A stretch of DNA of 64,000 nt, taken from the NCBI GenBank assembly GCA_050298595.1, contig JBNKUM010000098.1, positions 8,751 through 72,750 of the forward strand, read 5' to 3'. The position numbers and the translations under genes are program-made. This document shows positions 50,793-60,673 of this stretch, one piece after another. The notes below the pieces were generated by a model. That model saw nothing but the letters and a program-made list of their open reading frames with translations, searched no databases and was not told the DNA's origin. The stretch is from Gammaproteobacteria bacterium. Lineage in GTDB: Bacteria > Pseudomonadota > Gammaproteobacteria > GCA-001735895. How positions within the stretch are numbered: position 1 is the stretch's first letter; each line of letters opens with the position of its first letter.

Positions 50793-52412
50793 ATGAGCAA
50801 ACAATACCACTTTGATATAGTCATTATCGGCAGCGGTGCATCCGGTTCCTCTTTGGCTTTACAGCTTCCTGATAATCTTTCGATAGCTTTATTTGCCAAG
50901 AATGGCTTTGAACACTGCTCCAGCAATTACGCCCAGGGCGGCATTTCTGCCGTATTAGAACCCGAAGATTCTTTCGAATTACACAGCATTGATACTCAGG
51001 TGGCTGGAGCAGGTCTATGTGACCCCGAAACTGTGAAAACAGTGACCGAAAGTGGACCTGAAATCATAAAGTGGTTGTCAGACCTGGGCATGCCATTTAC
51101 CAAAGATCGCCAGGATGTTTCTAAAAGCGGTTATCATCTGACTCGCGAAGGTGGTCATAGCAAACGTCGAGTAGTGCACGCAGCTGATGCTACCGGTAGA
51201 GCCATGCAGCATACCCTGCAGGCACATGTACTTGAAAAATCTAATATAACTATTTTCAATCAACACCACGCGATTGACCTTATTACGCGTCATAACAAGT
51301 GTGTGGGCCTTTACGCCTATAACAATTCCAATCATCAGGTAAACGTTTTTTCTGCGCGCAAGGTCATCCTGGCAACAGGCGGTGCCAGTAAGGTATACCT
51401 GTATACCAGCAATCCTGACGGATCCACCGGTGATGGCATAGCCATGGCATGGCGCGCCGGTTGTCGAGTGGCGAATATGGAGTTTATGCAATTCCATCCA
51501 ACCTGCCTGTATCACCCAGAAGCCCGGACATTCCTCATTTCAGAAGCGCTTCGTGGTGAAGGTGCAAAACTTTTACTGCCCAATGGTAAGCGATTCATGC
51601 AGCATTTTGATGAAAGAGCAGAACTTGCCCCGCGCGATATTGTGGCACGTGCCATTGACCATGAAATGAAAAGACTAGGTGCAGAATGCGTCTATCTGGA
51701 TATTAGTCATAAGAGTCGAGCTTTTATCAAATCGCATTTTCCTATGATTTATGAACGCTGTAAAAAATACGATATCGATATCACTAGCCAACCTATCCCT
51801 GTGGTACCAGCAGCGCATTATACCTGTGGAGGCGTGATGATTGACTTACATGGACAGACTGACCTTGAGAATCTTTATGCGATTGGTGAAACCGCCTATT
51901 CAGGCTTACATGGAGCCAACCGTATGGCAAGCAACTCCCTGCTCGAATGCCTGAGCTATTCACGTGCGACGGCTCAGCATATAACTGAAACCATTTCCAA
52001 AACCCCGAAACCCGGCCGTCTGGTCAACTGGGATGAATCGATGGTGACCGATTCAGATGAAGAGGTTGTGGTTGCTCATAACTGGGATGAGCTGCGCCGC
52101 TTTATGTGGGATTATGTCGGAATAGTACGCACCAATAAGCGCCTGGAACGGGCACTCAATCGGGTGCATTTACTGAAACGGGAAATCAACGAGTATTACG
52201 GTAACTTCCGGGTTACCGCTGACTTACTGGAACTACGTAACCTGGTCGTGGTGGCTGAACTGATCATCCGCTCAGCCATGTCGCGTAAAGAGAGTCGAGG
52301 CCTGCACTACACGCTGGATTACCCGGATATGCTGGATAAAGCCGAGGTGACTATCCTCGAACCTGAAACCAATAATCGCAACTCTAAAAAGGTCACCCTC
52401 ATCAATAACTGA
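50793..52412 (+). CDS. nadB: L-aspartate oxidase
   Basis: IIGSG, YAQGGI, EGGHS.RRV.H, QFHPT, GLHGANRMASNSLLE and ESRGLH; start at ATG 50793. Confidence 0.97.
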   Translation: MSKQYHFDIVIIGSGASGSSLALQLPDNLSIALFAKNGFEHCSSNYAQGGISAVLEPEDSFELHSIDTQVAGAGLCDPETVKTVTESGPEIIKWLSDLGMPFTKDRQDVSKSGYHLTREGGHSKRRVVHAADATGRAMQHTLQAHVLEKSNITIFNQHHAIDLITRHNKCVGLYAYNNSNHQVNVFSARKVILATGGASKVYLYTSNPDGSTGDGIAMAWRAGCRVANMEFMQFHPTCLYHPEARTFLISEALRGEGAKLLLPNGKRFMQHFDERAELAPRDIVARAIDHEMKRLGAECVYLDISHKSRAFIKSHFPMIYERCKKYDIDITSQPIPVVPAAHYTCGGVMIDLHGQTDLENLYAIGETAYSGLHGANRMASNSLLECLSYSRATAQHITETISKTPKPGRLVNWDESMVTDSDEEVVVAHNWDELRRFMWDYVGIVRTNKRLERALNRVHLLKREINEYYGNFRVTADLLELRNLVVVAELIIRSAMSRKESRGLHYTLDYPDMLDKAEVTILEPETNNRNSKKVTLINN

Positions 52413-52419
52413 TAGCGAC

Positions 52420-53184
52420 TCAGTGTATCGTTTTATCCAGCCACTGTTTGATGGCATCGAGTAACTCCGCCTCCTTGCCATCCCAGAAATGGGTCACGCC
52501 CTCAAATACCTGTTGTTCATAATGAGCATTATGCGCGGCGGATTGCTTACGTAACTCACTGGTATCCAGCACGCCCTGTAAATCCTCCGTACCGTACATA
52601 TCAAATACTGGAATATTGATCGATTTAAGAGCATTGGCTGAATTCAAATGACTATCTTTTTGCGTGGCACCCATACCGATAGCTACAAATGCCTTCGCCT
52701 TACTGGTATTACGTGACAGATAATAACTGGACATAGTCGCCCCCTGGCTGTGCGAGACGATGACGATATCGGTCATACCTTTTTCCAGCAGAAAATCCTC
52801 TGCGGCTTTCATGCGGGGCGGGACCTCAGGATACAAAGGGACATAATCTGCATACTCCGCCTCATTCGGCAGAATTGGCATCTGAATGGATAAGGTATTC
52901 CAGCCATGGCTCGCCATATCAACACGAATGGGCTTTACCACCTGATCCCAGTCAGGGTGAACGCCAGTCCCATGCACCACGATCATACCCTTGCGGGTTT
53001 CCTCTTCAGCTTCGGTATAGATAGCAAGAAATTTTTGATTCCCTGCCTGTAACCATTCAGCCTCACCATCTAATAATGAATCGACAATTTGATCTGCCCA
53101 GCGCTGTTCCTTTGCCTGATCAGATGCCAGTACAGATTGAAAGTTTGCAAACAACAGTAAAAATAATAAGATGAGCTGACGCAT
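52420..53184 (-). CDS. Exported alpha/beta-hydrolase-fold protein (DUF3530-like)
   Basis: Signal peptide, D..KE.RWA.QI, HG.G.HPDW, GW.TLSIQMP, nucleophile-like SHS.GA and a late His. Confidence 0.7.
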   Translation of the reverse strand: MRQLILLFLLLFANFQSVLASDQAKEQRWADQIVDSLLDGEAEWLQAGNQKFLAIYTEAEEETRKGMIVVHGTGVHPDWDQVVKPIRVDMASHGWNTLSIQMPILPNEAEYADYVPLYPEVPPRMKAAEDFLLEKGMTDIVIVSHSQGATMSSYYLSRNTSKAKAFVAIGMGATQKDSHLNSANALKSINIPVFDMYGTEDLQGVLDTSELRKQSAAHNAHYEQQVFEGVTHFWDGKEAELLDAIKQWLDKTIH

Positions 53185-53268
53185 AAGGGGCGGGTCCTGT
53201 GTTCGTTAGTATAGAAATCGAAATTGATTTTCATTCTTAAATGATTCAATCAGGGCGAATATTATTCC

Positions 53269-53685
53269 ATGATAAAACAACAACAGATCAGTATCACCAC
53301 AGATGGGCGATCAACCACTAATATCACTCGGGAAATCAATCACATCATCCGCGAAAGTGGTGTCAACAATGGCCTTTGTCACATATTTATCCAGCATACC
53401 AGCGCATCCTTAATCATCACCGAAAACGCCGACCCTGCGGTGCGTAAGGATCTGGAATACTTTATGAGCAAGCTCGTCATCGATGGCGACCCTCATTATA
53501 TCCATGATCAGGAAGGGCCGGATGACATGTCAGCACATATAAGAAATATATTGACCCAAACCGAAATAACCATCCCCATTCATCACGGGCATAGCGGCCT
53601 CGGCACCTGGCAGGGTGTATTTGTATGGGAACACCGAAGCATGCCGCATCAGCGCCAGCTACTCATCACCATCAATGGCGAGTGA
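53269..53685 (+). CDS. yjbQ: YjbQ/UPF0047 family protein
   Basis: HTSASL..ENADP.V, H..EGPDDM.AH and LGTWQGV...EHR motifs. Confidence 0.9.
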   Translation: MIKQQQISITTDGRSTTNITREINHIIRESGVNNGLCHIFIQHTSASLIITENADPAVRKDLEYFMSKLVIDGDPHYIHDQEGPDDMSAHIRNILTQTEITIPIHHGHSGLGTWQGVFVWEHRSMPHQRQLLITINGE

Positions 53686-53715
53686 GTTTTCTCAGACCAG
53701 ATAGTTCACAATGAA

Positions 53716-54663
53716 TCAGGGAACAAACTGATGCAAGCCTGAAGTCATGAAAAATGTTGAGTCCATCATTTTGATAAATTCGCGCGCTTGAGGCGTGAGA
53801 AATTTACCGCGCCGGATAACAACCCCGTAAGAGCGCTTGGGAATATGCTCAGCCAGACTTCTTTGCGCCAGCGGTTCATTACCAGTCAAACACAGGCCGC
53901 TGACGATAGAAATCCCCAGCCCCATGGAGACGTATTTCTTAATAATTTCATATCCACCCGCTTCCAGCGCGACCTGAAACTTCAATCCTGCGCGATTGAA
54001 TACCCATTCCAGAAAACGCCAGGTAGCCAGATGTCGGGGCGGTAAAATCAAACCGTAGGGGCAAATATCCTCCAGAGAGATGTAGTCTTTGTTAGCTAAG
54101 GGGTGATCCAGCGGAGTAATCAGGGTTTGCTCAAAGGAGATAGACTCCTTATATATGATGTCATCTGGTACCTCCATCATAGATCCCACAGCCAGATCAG
54201 CTTCATCAGCCCGTAACATCGCCATACCGTCACGACCGGTTACATTATGCAGCTTGATTTCTATGCCTGGATAGGTCTGGGCAAAGCGCTTAATGTATTC
54301 AGGCAGGATATATAGCGTGGTCGACTCACCCGCTGCAATATTAATAGTGCCACCATCCAGCTTGCCGAATTGAGCCTTAAAGCTCTGTTCCAGGCCATTC
54401 ATCCCATCCACCAGAGGCTGAGCAATTCCATACAGAACCTCACCTTCCGGCGTCAGGGTAATCCTCTGACCTCTTCGCTCAAACAAGATGACATTCATGT
54501 CTCGCTCAAGCGCCTGAATTTGCAGAGATATGGTCGGCTGACTAAGAAACAGGGCTTCACCTGCGGTGGAAATACTGCCTGTTTTTGCCGCCATACAGAA
54601 TGCTGTTAATTGTTTTAAGCGGTTTTGTTTGTAGTAAAACCGCCCCTTGCTTTTCACTGCCAT
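53716..54663 (-). CDS. LysR-family transcriptional regulator, divergent from the rnf/PFOR operon
   Basis: HTH GSIS.A...LFLSQPTISLQI..LE......LFER followed by a LysR substrate-binding domain. Confidence 0.93.
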   Translation of the reverse strand: MAVKSKGRFYYKQNRLKQLTAFCMAAKTGSISTAGEALFLSQPTISLQIQALERDMNVILFERRGQRITLTPEGEVLYGIAQPLVDGMNGLEQSFKAQFGKLDGGTINIAAGESTTLYILPEYIKRFAQTYPGIEIKLHNVTGRDGMAMLRADEADLAVGSMMEVPDDIIYKESISFEQTLITPLDHPLANKDYISLEDICPYGLILPPRHLATWRFLEWVFNRAGLKFQVALEAGGYEIIKKYVSMGLGISIVSGLCLTGNEPLAQRSLAEHIPKRSYGVVIRRGKFLTPQAREFIKMMDSTFFMTSGLHQFVP

Positions 54664-54684
54664 CTATTCACTTTTCCACAACAT

Positions 54685-54701
54685 TATTAACATTGTTAAT
54701 A
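54685..54701. promoter_or_regulatory. Palindromic LysR-type operator (T-N11-A)
   Basis: TATTAACA-T-TGTTAATA perfect dyad in the 120-bp divergent intergenic region. Confidence 0.55.
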
Positions 54702-54722
54702 TATTAAATTAAACATATTAAA

Positions 54723-54736
54723 TTGATCAATATGAA
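54723..54736. promoter_or_regulatory. FNR-like box upstream of rnfB
   Basis: TTGAT-CAAT-ATGAA matches 9 of 10 positions of TTGAT-N4-ATCAA; the AT-rich context weakens this. Confidence 0.35.
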
Positions 54737-54783
54737 TAATCCATACATTCTATAGCACTTTTAAACCTGAGGTTATTTTACTC

Positions 54784-55659
54784 ATGGGCCTGGATGTCTC
54801 TCACATCGCTGTCACGGTTGCCTTTATGTTTGGACTGGGTTTGGTACTGTCCTCACTACTTGCGGTAGCAAACCGCAAGCTTTGGGTATTTGAAGATCCC
54901 AGAATCGATGCCGTGGAAGAGCTACTGCCTAACACCAATTGTGGTGCCTGCGGTACCGCGGGTTGTCGTGTATTTGCCGAAGCCCTGATCGCTGGTGAAA
55001 CCCAGCCTGCGAATTGTACCGTAAACTCTTCAGATGCGACGGGTGAAATTGCTGAATACCTGGGTATAGATGCAGGTGATGTAGTGAAACGAGTTGCCCG
55101 ACTAGCCTGTGCAGGAGGCAGTAATGTTGCCCGCAATACAGCCAGTTATTCGGGTATGGAATCCTGTAGAGCGGCATCGGTCATAAATGGCGGGCCCAAA
55201 AATTGCTCCTGGGGATGCATTGGCCTGTCAGACTGCGCCAAAGTGTGCGATCAGAATGCCATCACTATGAACCGTCATCATCTACCGGTCGTAGACCCTG
55301 ATAAATGTACCGCCTGTAACGATTGTGTCGAAATCTGCCCTAAAGGCCTTTTCTCTCTACAGCCTGTGACCCAACAACTCTGGGTTGCCTGTAAAAATCT
55401 CCTGCACGGTGACGCGGCTGAAGCCGAATGTGAAGTCGCCTGCAATGCCTGTGAACGCTGTGCTGTTGACTCCCCAGAAGGTTTGATTGAAATCAAAAAT
55501 AACCTGGCGGTAATCAACTACGAAAAAAATCATCTCGCTTCAACCGTTGCCATCGAACGTTGCCCTACCGGCGCCATCGTGTGGCTGGACAATGAAGTCG
55601 CCATCAAGGGCAGCAAGGCAAAACGCATCGTACGCATACAAGCCTTGCCCATTAACTAA
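54784..55659 (+). CDS. rnfB: Rnf complex subunit B, polyferredoxin type
   Basis: N-terminal TM, EDPRID.VE.LLP..NCGACG.AGC, then C.WGC.G..DC..VC, CTACNDCVEICP and further Cys motifs. Confidence 0.9.
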   Translation: MGLDVSHIAVTVAFMFGLGLVLSSLLAVANRKLWVFEDPRIDAVEELLPNTNCGACGTAGCRVFAEALIAGETQPANCTVNSSDATGEIAEYLGIDAGDVVKRVARLACAGGSNVARNTASYSGMESCRAASVINGGPKNCSWGCIGLSDCAKVCDQNAITMNRHHLPVVDPDKCTACNDCVEICPKGLFSLQPVTQQLWVACKNLLHGDAAEAECEVACNACERCAVDSPEGLIEIKNNLAVINYEKNHLASTVAIERCPTGAIVWLDNEVAIKGSKAKRIVRIQALPIN

Positions 55660-55687
55660 TTCATAATCATAAACCTAGGTAGTATTC

Positions 55688-58600
55688 ATGAACTTTCGTA
55701 AAAAACCTGAAACCACTTTCAAGTACCCCGGCATCCGCATGGCAATGGATGGCAATACAGCTGTCATTATGTGTGAACGTGAAGCCTCCGATGCAGCAGG
55801 TGCCTACCCTATTACGCCTTCAACTCAAATGGGCGAGTACTGGGCAGAAGAAATGGCGAAAGGTCATGTCAATACCTCAGGACGTGCGCTTATCTTTGTT
55901 GAACCAGAGTCCGAGCATGCAGCTGCCGCAGTTACCGCCGGTATGACCATGACCGGTATGCGTGCCACCAATTTCTCATCCGCACAGGGTATCGCCTTCA
56001 TGCATGAATCGCTGTATGCCGCTGCAGGAAAACGCCTACCCTATGTTTTGAATATTGGTTGTCGCGCCATCACCAAGGCCAGCCTGAATGTACATTGTGG
56101 CCACGATGACTTTCACTGTATCGACGACACCGGTTTCCTTCAGATGTTCGCTCGTGATGCACAGGGTGCCGCCGACCTTAATCTGATCGCACGCAAGGTT
56201 GCTGAATTATCACTGACACCTGCCGCTGTCGGTCAGGATGGCTTTCTGACTACCCACCTGATCGAACCTCTACAGGTGCCCGAGCGTGAATTGATTGCCG
56301 AATTCCTCGGTCGACCCGACGACGAAATCGAATGCCCGACTCCTGCACAGAAGATGCTATACGGAGAAACCCGTCGCCGTATCCCAGCAATCTGGGATGT
56401 AGACGAGCCATTACAATCTGGCGTGGTACAGAATCAGGATGCCTATATGCAAACCCAGGCTGCACAGCGTCCTTATTTTTACGATCATATTGAATCGATT
56501 ACCGATCAAGTGATGGATGAATACTATGAACTTACCGGTCGTCGCTATGACCGTATCAGCGGTTTTGAACTGGATAAAGCCGATTACGTGATTGTGGGCA
56601 TGGGCTCTATGATCGTACAGGCCAGAGGTGTGGCTGAATACCTGCAGAAAACCCGCAAACTCAAGGTTGGCGTACTGGATGTGACCATGTTTCGCCCCTT
56701 CCCCGGCGACCTGATTGGTAAGGCATTAAAAGGTAAAAAAGGCGTGGTGGTACTGGAACGTACCGATCAGCCTCTGGCAGAAGACCTGCCAATAATGCGC
56801 GAAGTGCGCGCTGCAATAAGCAAATGCATTGAAAATGGTCAGTCAGACAAAAAGGCCTATCCCGACTATGAAAGCTACAAAAACTTCAAAGATGCCCCGC
56901 GCCTGTTCTCAGGTGCTTATGGATTAGGTTCACGCGACCTGCAACCCGAAGGCCTGATCGGCGCAGTTGAAAACATGCTGCCCGATGGCCCACAAAAGCG
57001 CTTCTTCTACCTGGGCATAGACTTTGTGCGCGAAGCGAGTACACCAAAGCAGGAAATCCATATCCAGAAACTGCTGGAAGCCTACCCCACTATTGGCGAG
57101 ATGGCGGTTCATGGTTCAGAAAACCCCAATCTGATGCCGAAAGACTCGATTACCGTACGTATGCACTCAGTCGGTGGCTGGGGTGCGATCACCACCGGTA
57201 AAAACCTGGTGATGACGCTGTATGATCTACTCGGTTACGAAATCAAGGCTAACCCGAAATATGGCTCTGAGAAAAAAGGTCAACCAACAACCTACTACCT
57301 GGCCGTAGCTCCAACCCCTATTCCACTTAACTGCGAATACAATTATGTGGATGTTGTACTGAGCCCTGATCCAAACGTATTTGGTCACTCCAATCCGCTG
57401 GCAGGCCTGATAAAAGGCGGCACACTTATCATCCAGTCTGCGCTGGAAAATGAAACCGCTGTATGGAATAGCTTCCCGCGCTGGATGCAGCAGCAAATTA
57501 TCGACAATGATATTCAGGTGTATTACATCGACGGCTTCAAGATTGCGCGTGAAGAAGCGTCTAACCCTGAATTACAGCTGCGTATGCAGGGCAATGCCTT
57601 CCAGGGTGCTTTCTTCGCGGGATCACCCCTGATGAAAATCACTGGTATGGATGAAAAGAAACTGTTTTCATCCATCGAAGGCCAGCTACGTGACAAGTTC
57701 GGTAGCAAAGGTGATTCAGTAGTTGCCGATAACCTGAGAATCGTACGCCGTGGTTTTGAAGAGATTCATAAGATCACCCAGCGTGAAATCCAGAGCCAGG
57801 CTGCGCTGCAAATCGCTAAAGACATCGATCTGCCTATCATGCTTAAACATATCCCTCAATCAGATGGTTCTATCTCAGACATACATCGTTTCTGGGAACA
57901 AACCGGTAGCTTCTATGCTCAGGGACAGGGTTCAGATAACCTGGCCGATCCTTACCAGGCATTGTCACTGGTTCCAGCATCTACCGGTGTATACCGCGAT
58001 ATGACCTCGATCCGTTTCGAATACCCTGAATTCATCCCCGAAAACTGTACCGCCTGTGGCGACTGTTACAGTATCTGTCCTGACAGTGCCCTTCCTGGAC
58101 TGGTGAATACCATCTCAGAAATCTTTGCCACTGTTATCGATAAGATAGAAACCGGCGGCATGCCTACGGTTTACCTGCGTCGTGAAAGTCGTAACGTAGA
58201 AAAACGTCTACGTGAATTGCTCAATGAACAGGGTGAAAACGCCAATGTACGTGAAAATCTGGATCGCGCTATTCTGGAAACCGTGAAGGAATCTGCACTC
58301 GAAGACGAGCAACGCAATCTACTGGAAAAAGAGTTTGCACTATTCATGGAAAAACTGGGCGACTTCCAGTTTGCAGTCACCAAGCCTTACTGGAGCAACA
58401 AGGAAAAGAAGGCAGCCAATTCCGGCGGTCTATTTTCCATCACCCTCAACCCCTACACCTGTAAAGGCTGTATGGAATGTGTAGATGTTTGTGAAGATGG
58501 CGCATTACTCACCAAAACACAGGATGAAGATGCCGTTAAACGTATGCGCAAGGGTTGGGAATTCTGGATGGATCTCCCTACTACCAACCCCAGCTTCAGC

Positions 58601-60628
58601 CGCATCGATGACATCGATGAAAAAATCGGTGCACTGGAAACCCTGCTACTGGATAAGTCGAACTATAACTCAATGGGCTGTGGCGATGGTGCCTGCCTGG
58701 GCTGCGGTGAAAAAACCGTCATCCATCTGTTTACTGCCACGGTTACCGCTTTGATGCAGCCACGCGTTCAACAGCATCTAGGCAAACTGGATGACCTGAT
58801 CGCTCGCCTGGAACAGCATATCCGTCTGAAGCTTGCGTCTGGCATAGACCTTAGCGACCTGTCCGCAGTTTCTCAGGCCGCGCAACAGACCGAAGATGAT
58901 TTGAGTCTGGCAAGCCTGTCACAACATATCGACCCTCACCATGAAAATACCCTGGTGGATAAAGAATGGCTGACTGATATGACCCGCCTGCTGGATCAGT
59001 TACGTGATCTGCACTGGCGTTATCGCGAAGGGCCAACCAAAAACGGTAGAGCCGAGATGGGCATAGTGAATGCTACCGGTTGTACCTCGGTATGGGGATC
59101 AACCTATCCATTCAACCCTTATCCTTTCCCATGGACCAGTAATCTGTTCCAGGATAGCCCATCGATGGCAATGGGTCTGTTCGAAGGTCATATGGCGAAG
59201 ATGGCCGATGGTTTTAAAGCCATCCGTCAGGCCGAGCTGGAACTCGCCGGTAAATACAACCCCTCCGAACACGAGGCCCTGTTCCAGAGATTTGGCTGGA
59301 AGGATTTCAGCGATGACGAATGGCAGCTGTGTCCTCCAGTCGTATCTATCGGTGGTGATGGCGCGATGTACGACATCGGCTTCCAGAATCTGTCTCGTGC
59401 TCTGGCATCGGGTACACCGATCAAGGTACTGGTACTGGATACTCAGGTTTATTCCAACACGGGCGGTCAGGCCTGTACCTCTGGCTTTATCGGTCAGGTA
59501 GCAGACATGAGCCCCTACGGCAAGGCCATGAAGGGTAAGACCGAAATACGTAAGGAAATGGGTCTGATTGGTATGGCTCACAGGACTTCGTATATCCTGC
59601 AAAGCTCACCTAGTCACATCACCCATATGATTGAAGGTTATATCGATGGTCTTAACAGCCGCCGTCCAGCGATGTTCAACATCTACGCAACCTGTCAGCC
59701 CGAGCATGGTGTAGCGGATGATGCAACCTACCGTCAATCCAAACTGGCCGTTGAATCACGCGCCTATCCATTGATGAAGTTCGACCCGGATGCAGGTGAA
59801 ACCCTGGAAGAATGCCTGGATCTTGAAGGCAACCCCAGCCAGTCTGAAGACTGGACCAGTTACACCCTCAACTACGAGGATGAAAACGGTCAGCCAGCCA
59901 GCATGAAACTGCCGATCACCTTTGCCGACTTTGCAGCCAGCGAAGGACGCTTCCGCAAGCATTTTCGCACTGCGCCCAGAAAAATGTGGGGCGATGAAAT
60001 GATACCTTTCCATGAATTTCTGGAAATGGATGAAGATGATCGCGAAGGCAACTATCCCTTCATCTGGACCGTTGACAGTAAAAATCGCCTGACTCGCACC
60101 CTGTGTGCACAGGAAATCGTCAGTTCAGCAGAGGAACGCCAGCACTACTGGCATCAGTTGAAAGGCATTGCCGGCCAGATGAATCAGGTGGATGTCAAAG
60201 CACTGGTTGAACAGACCAAGATCGATATGGCCACCCGCCTCAGCTCAACCCTGTTATCACTCACCTCTTCTGGTGATACCAGCATGCTGACTAATGCAGT
60301 CAAGGCCAACGGAAATGGAAATGGGGCTGCTGCACCAGTTGCTGCGGGTTCGAACGGTAATGGCAGTACTGCTAGCGGCTTTGAAGCGGTATGGATCGAA
60401 ACCCCTGAATGTACCGCCTGTGATGAATGTACCGAGATAGCCCCGGATGTATTCGCCTATAACGCAGATAAACTGGCCGAGGTTATCAATCCAACGGCTG
60501 GGACCTACAAGGATATCGTACGTGCAGCTGAGAAATGCACCGCAGGCTGTCTGCACCCTGGAACCCCCTGGGATATGAGCGAGAAGGATATCGATAAGTG
60601 GATCAAACGCGCTGAAAAATATCAGTAA
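55688..60628 (+). CDS. Single-chain 2-oxoacid (pyruvate):ferredoxin oxidoreductase, enlarged NifJ/PFOR type with a C-terminal ferredoxin domain
   Basis: YPITPS, SEH, two CxxCxxCxxxC motifs, GAC.GCGE, NATGC, TPP motif GGDG..YDIG, YSNTGGQ, and C-terminal CTACDEC...C. Confidence 0.9.
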   Translation: MNFRKKPETTFKYPGIRMAMDGNTAVIMCEREASDAAGAYPITPSTQMGEYWAEEMAKGHVNTSGRALIFVEPESEHAAAAVTAGMTMTGMRATNFSSAQGIAFMHESLYAAAGKRLPYVLNIGCRAITKASLNVHCGHDDFHCIDDTGFLQMFARDAQGAADLNLIARKVAELSLTPAAVGQDGFLTTHLIEPLQVPERELIAEFLGRPDDEIECPTPAQKMLYGETRRRIPAIWDVDEPLQSGVVQNQDAYMQTQAAQRPYFYDHIESITDQVMDEYYELTGRRYDRISGFELDKADYVIVGMGSMIVQARGVAEYLQKTRKLKVGVLDVTMFRPFPGDLIGKALKGKKGVVVLERTDQPLAEDLPIMREVRAAISKCIENGQSDKKAYPDYESYKNFKDAPRLFSGAYGLGSRDLQPEGLIGAVENMLPDGPQKRFFYLGIDFVREASTPKQEIHIQKLLEAYPTIGEMAVHGSENPNLMPKDSITVRMHSVGGWGAITTGKNLVMTLYDLLGYEIKANPKYGSEKKGQPTTYYLAVAPTPIPLNCEYNYVDVVLSPDPNVFGHSNPLAGLIKGGTLIIQSALENETAVWNSFPRWMQQQIIDNDIQVYYIDGFKIAREEASNPELQLRMQGNAFQGAFFAGSPLMKITGMDEKKLFSSIEGQLRDKFGSKGDSVVADNLRIVRRGFEEIHKITQREIQSQAALQIAKDIDLPIMLKHIPQSDGSISDIHRFWEQTGSFYAQGQGSDNLADPYQALSLVPASTGVYRDMTSIRFEYPEFIPENCTACGDCYSICPDSALPGLVNTISEIFATVIDKIETGGMPTVYLRRESRNVEKRLRELLNEQGENANVRENLDRAILETVKESALEDEQRNLLEKEFALFMEKLGDFQFAVTKPYWSNKEKKAANSGGLFSITLNPYTCKGCMECVDVCEDGALLTKTQDEDAVKRMRKGWEFWMDLPTTNPSFSRIDDIDEKIGALETLLLDKSNYNSMGCGDGACLGCGEKTVIHLFTATVTALMQPRVQQHLGKLDDLIARLEQHIRLKLASGIDLSDLSAVSQAAQQTEDDLSLASLSQHIDPHHENTLVDKEWLTDMTRLLDQLRDLHWRYREGPTKNGRAEMGIVNATGCTSVWGSTYPFNPYPFPWTSNLFQDSPSMAMGLFEGHMAKMADGFKAIRQAELELAGKYNPSEHEALFQRFGWKDFSDDEWQLCPPVVSIGGDGAMYDIGFQNLSRALASGTPIKVLVLDTQVYSNTGGQACTSGFIGQVADMSPYGKAMKGKTEIRKEMGLIGMAHRTSYILQSSPSHITHMIEGYIDGLNSRRPAMFNIYATCQPEHGVADDATYRQSKLAVESRAYPLMKFDPDAGETLEECLDLEGNPSQSEDWTSYTLNYEDENGQPASMKLPITFADFAASEGRFRKHFRTAPRKMWGDEMIPFHEFLEMDEDDREGNYPFIWTVDSKNRLTRTLCAQEIVSSAEERQHYWHQLKGIAGQMNQVDVKALVEQTKIDMATRLSSTLLSLTSSGDTSMLTNAVKANGNGNGAAAPVAAGSNGNGSTASGFEAVWIETPECTACDECTEIAPDVFAYNADKLAEVINPTAGTYKDIVRAAEKCTAGCLHPGTPWDMSEKDIDKWIKRAEKYQ

Positions 60629-60673
60629 GCGTATGCACCATTTTTTAATCATTCAATCCCGGGAAATGTAACA

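Noticed and set aside
53220-53238. Fur-box-like sequence GAAATTGATTTTCATTCTT
   Set aside because: About 13 of 19 positions match, in AT-rich DNA, and the flanking genes have no evident iron role.
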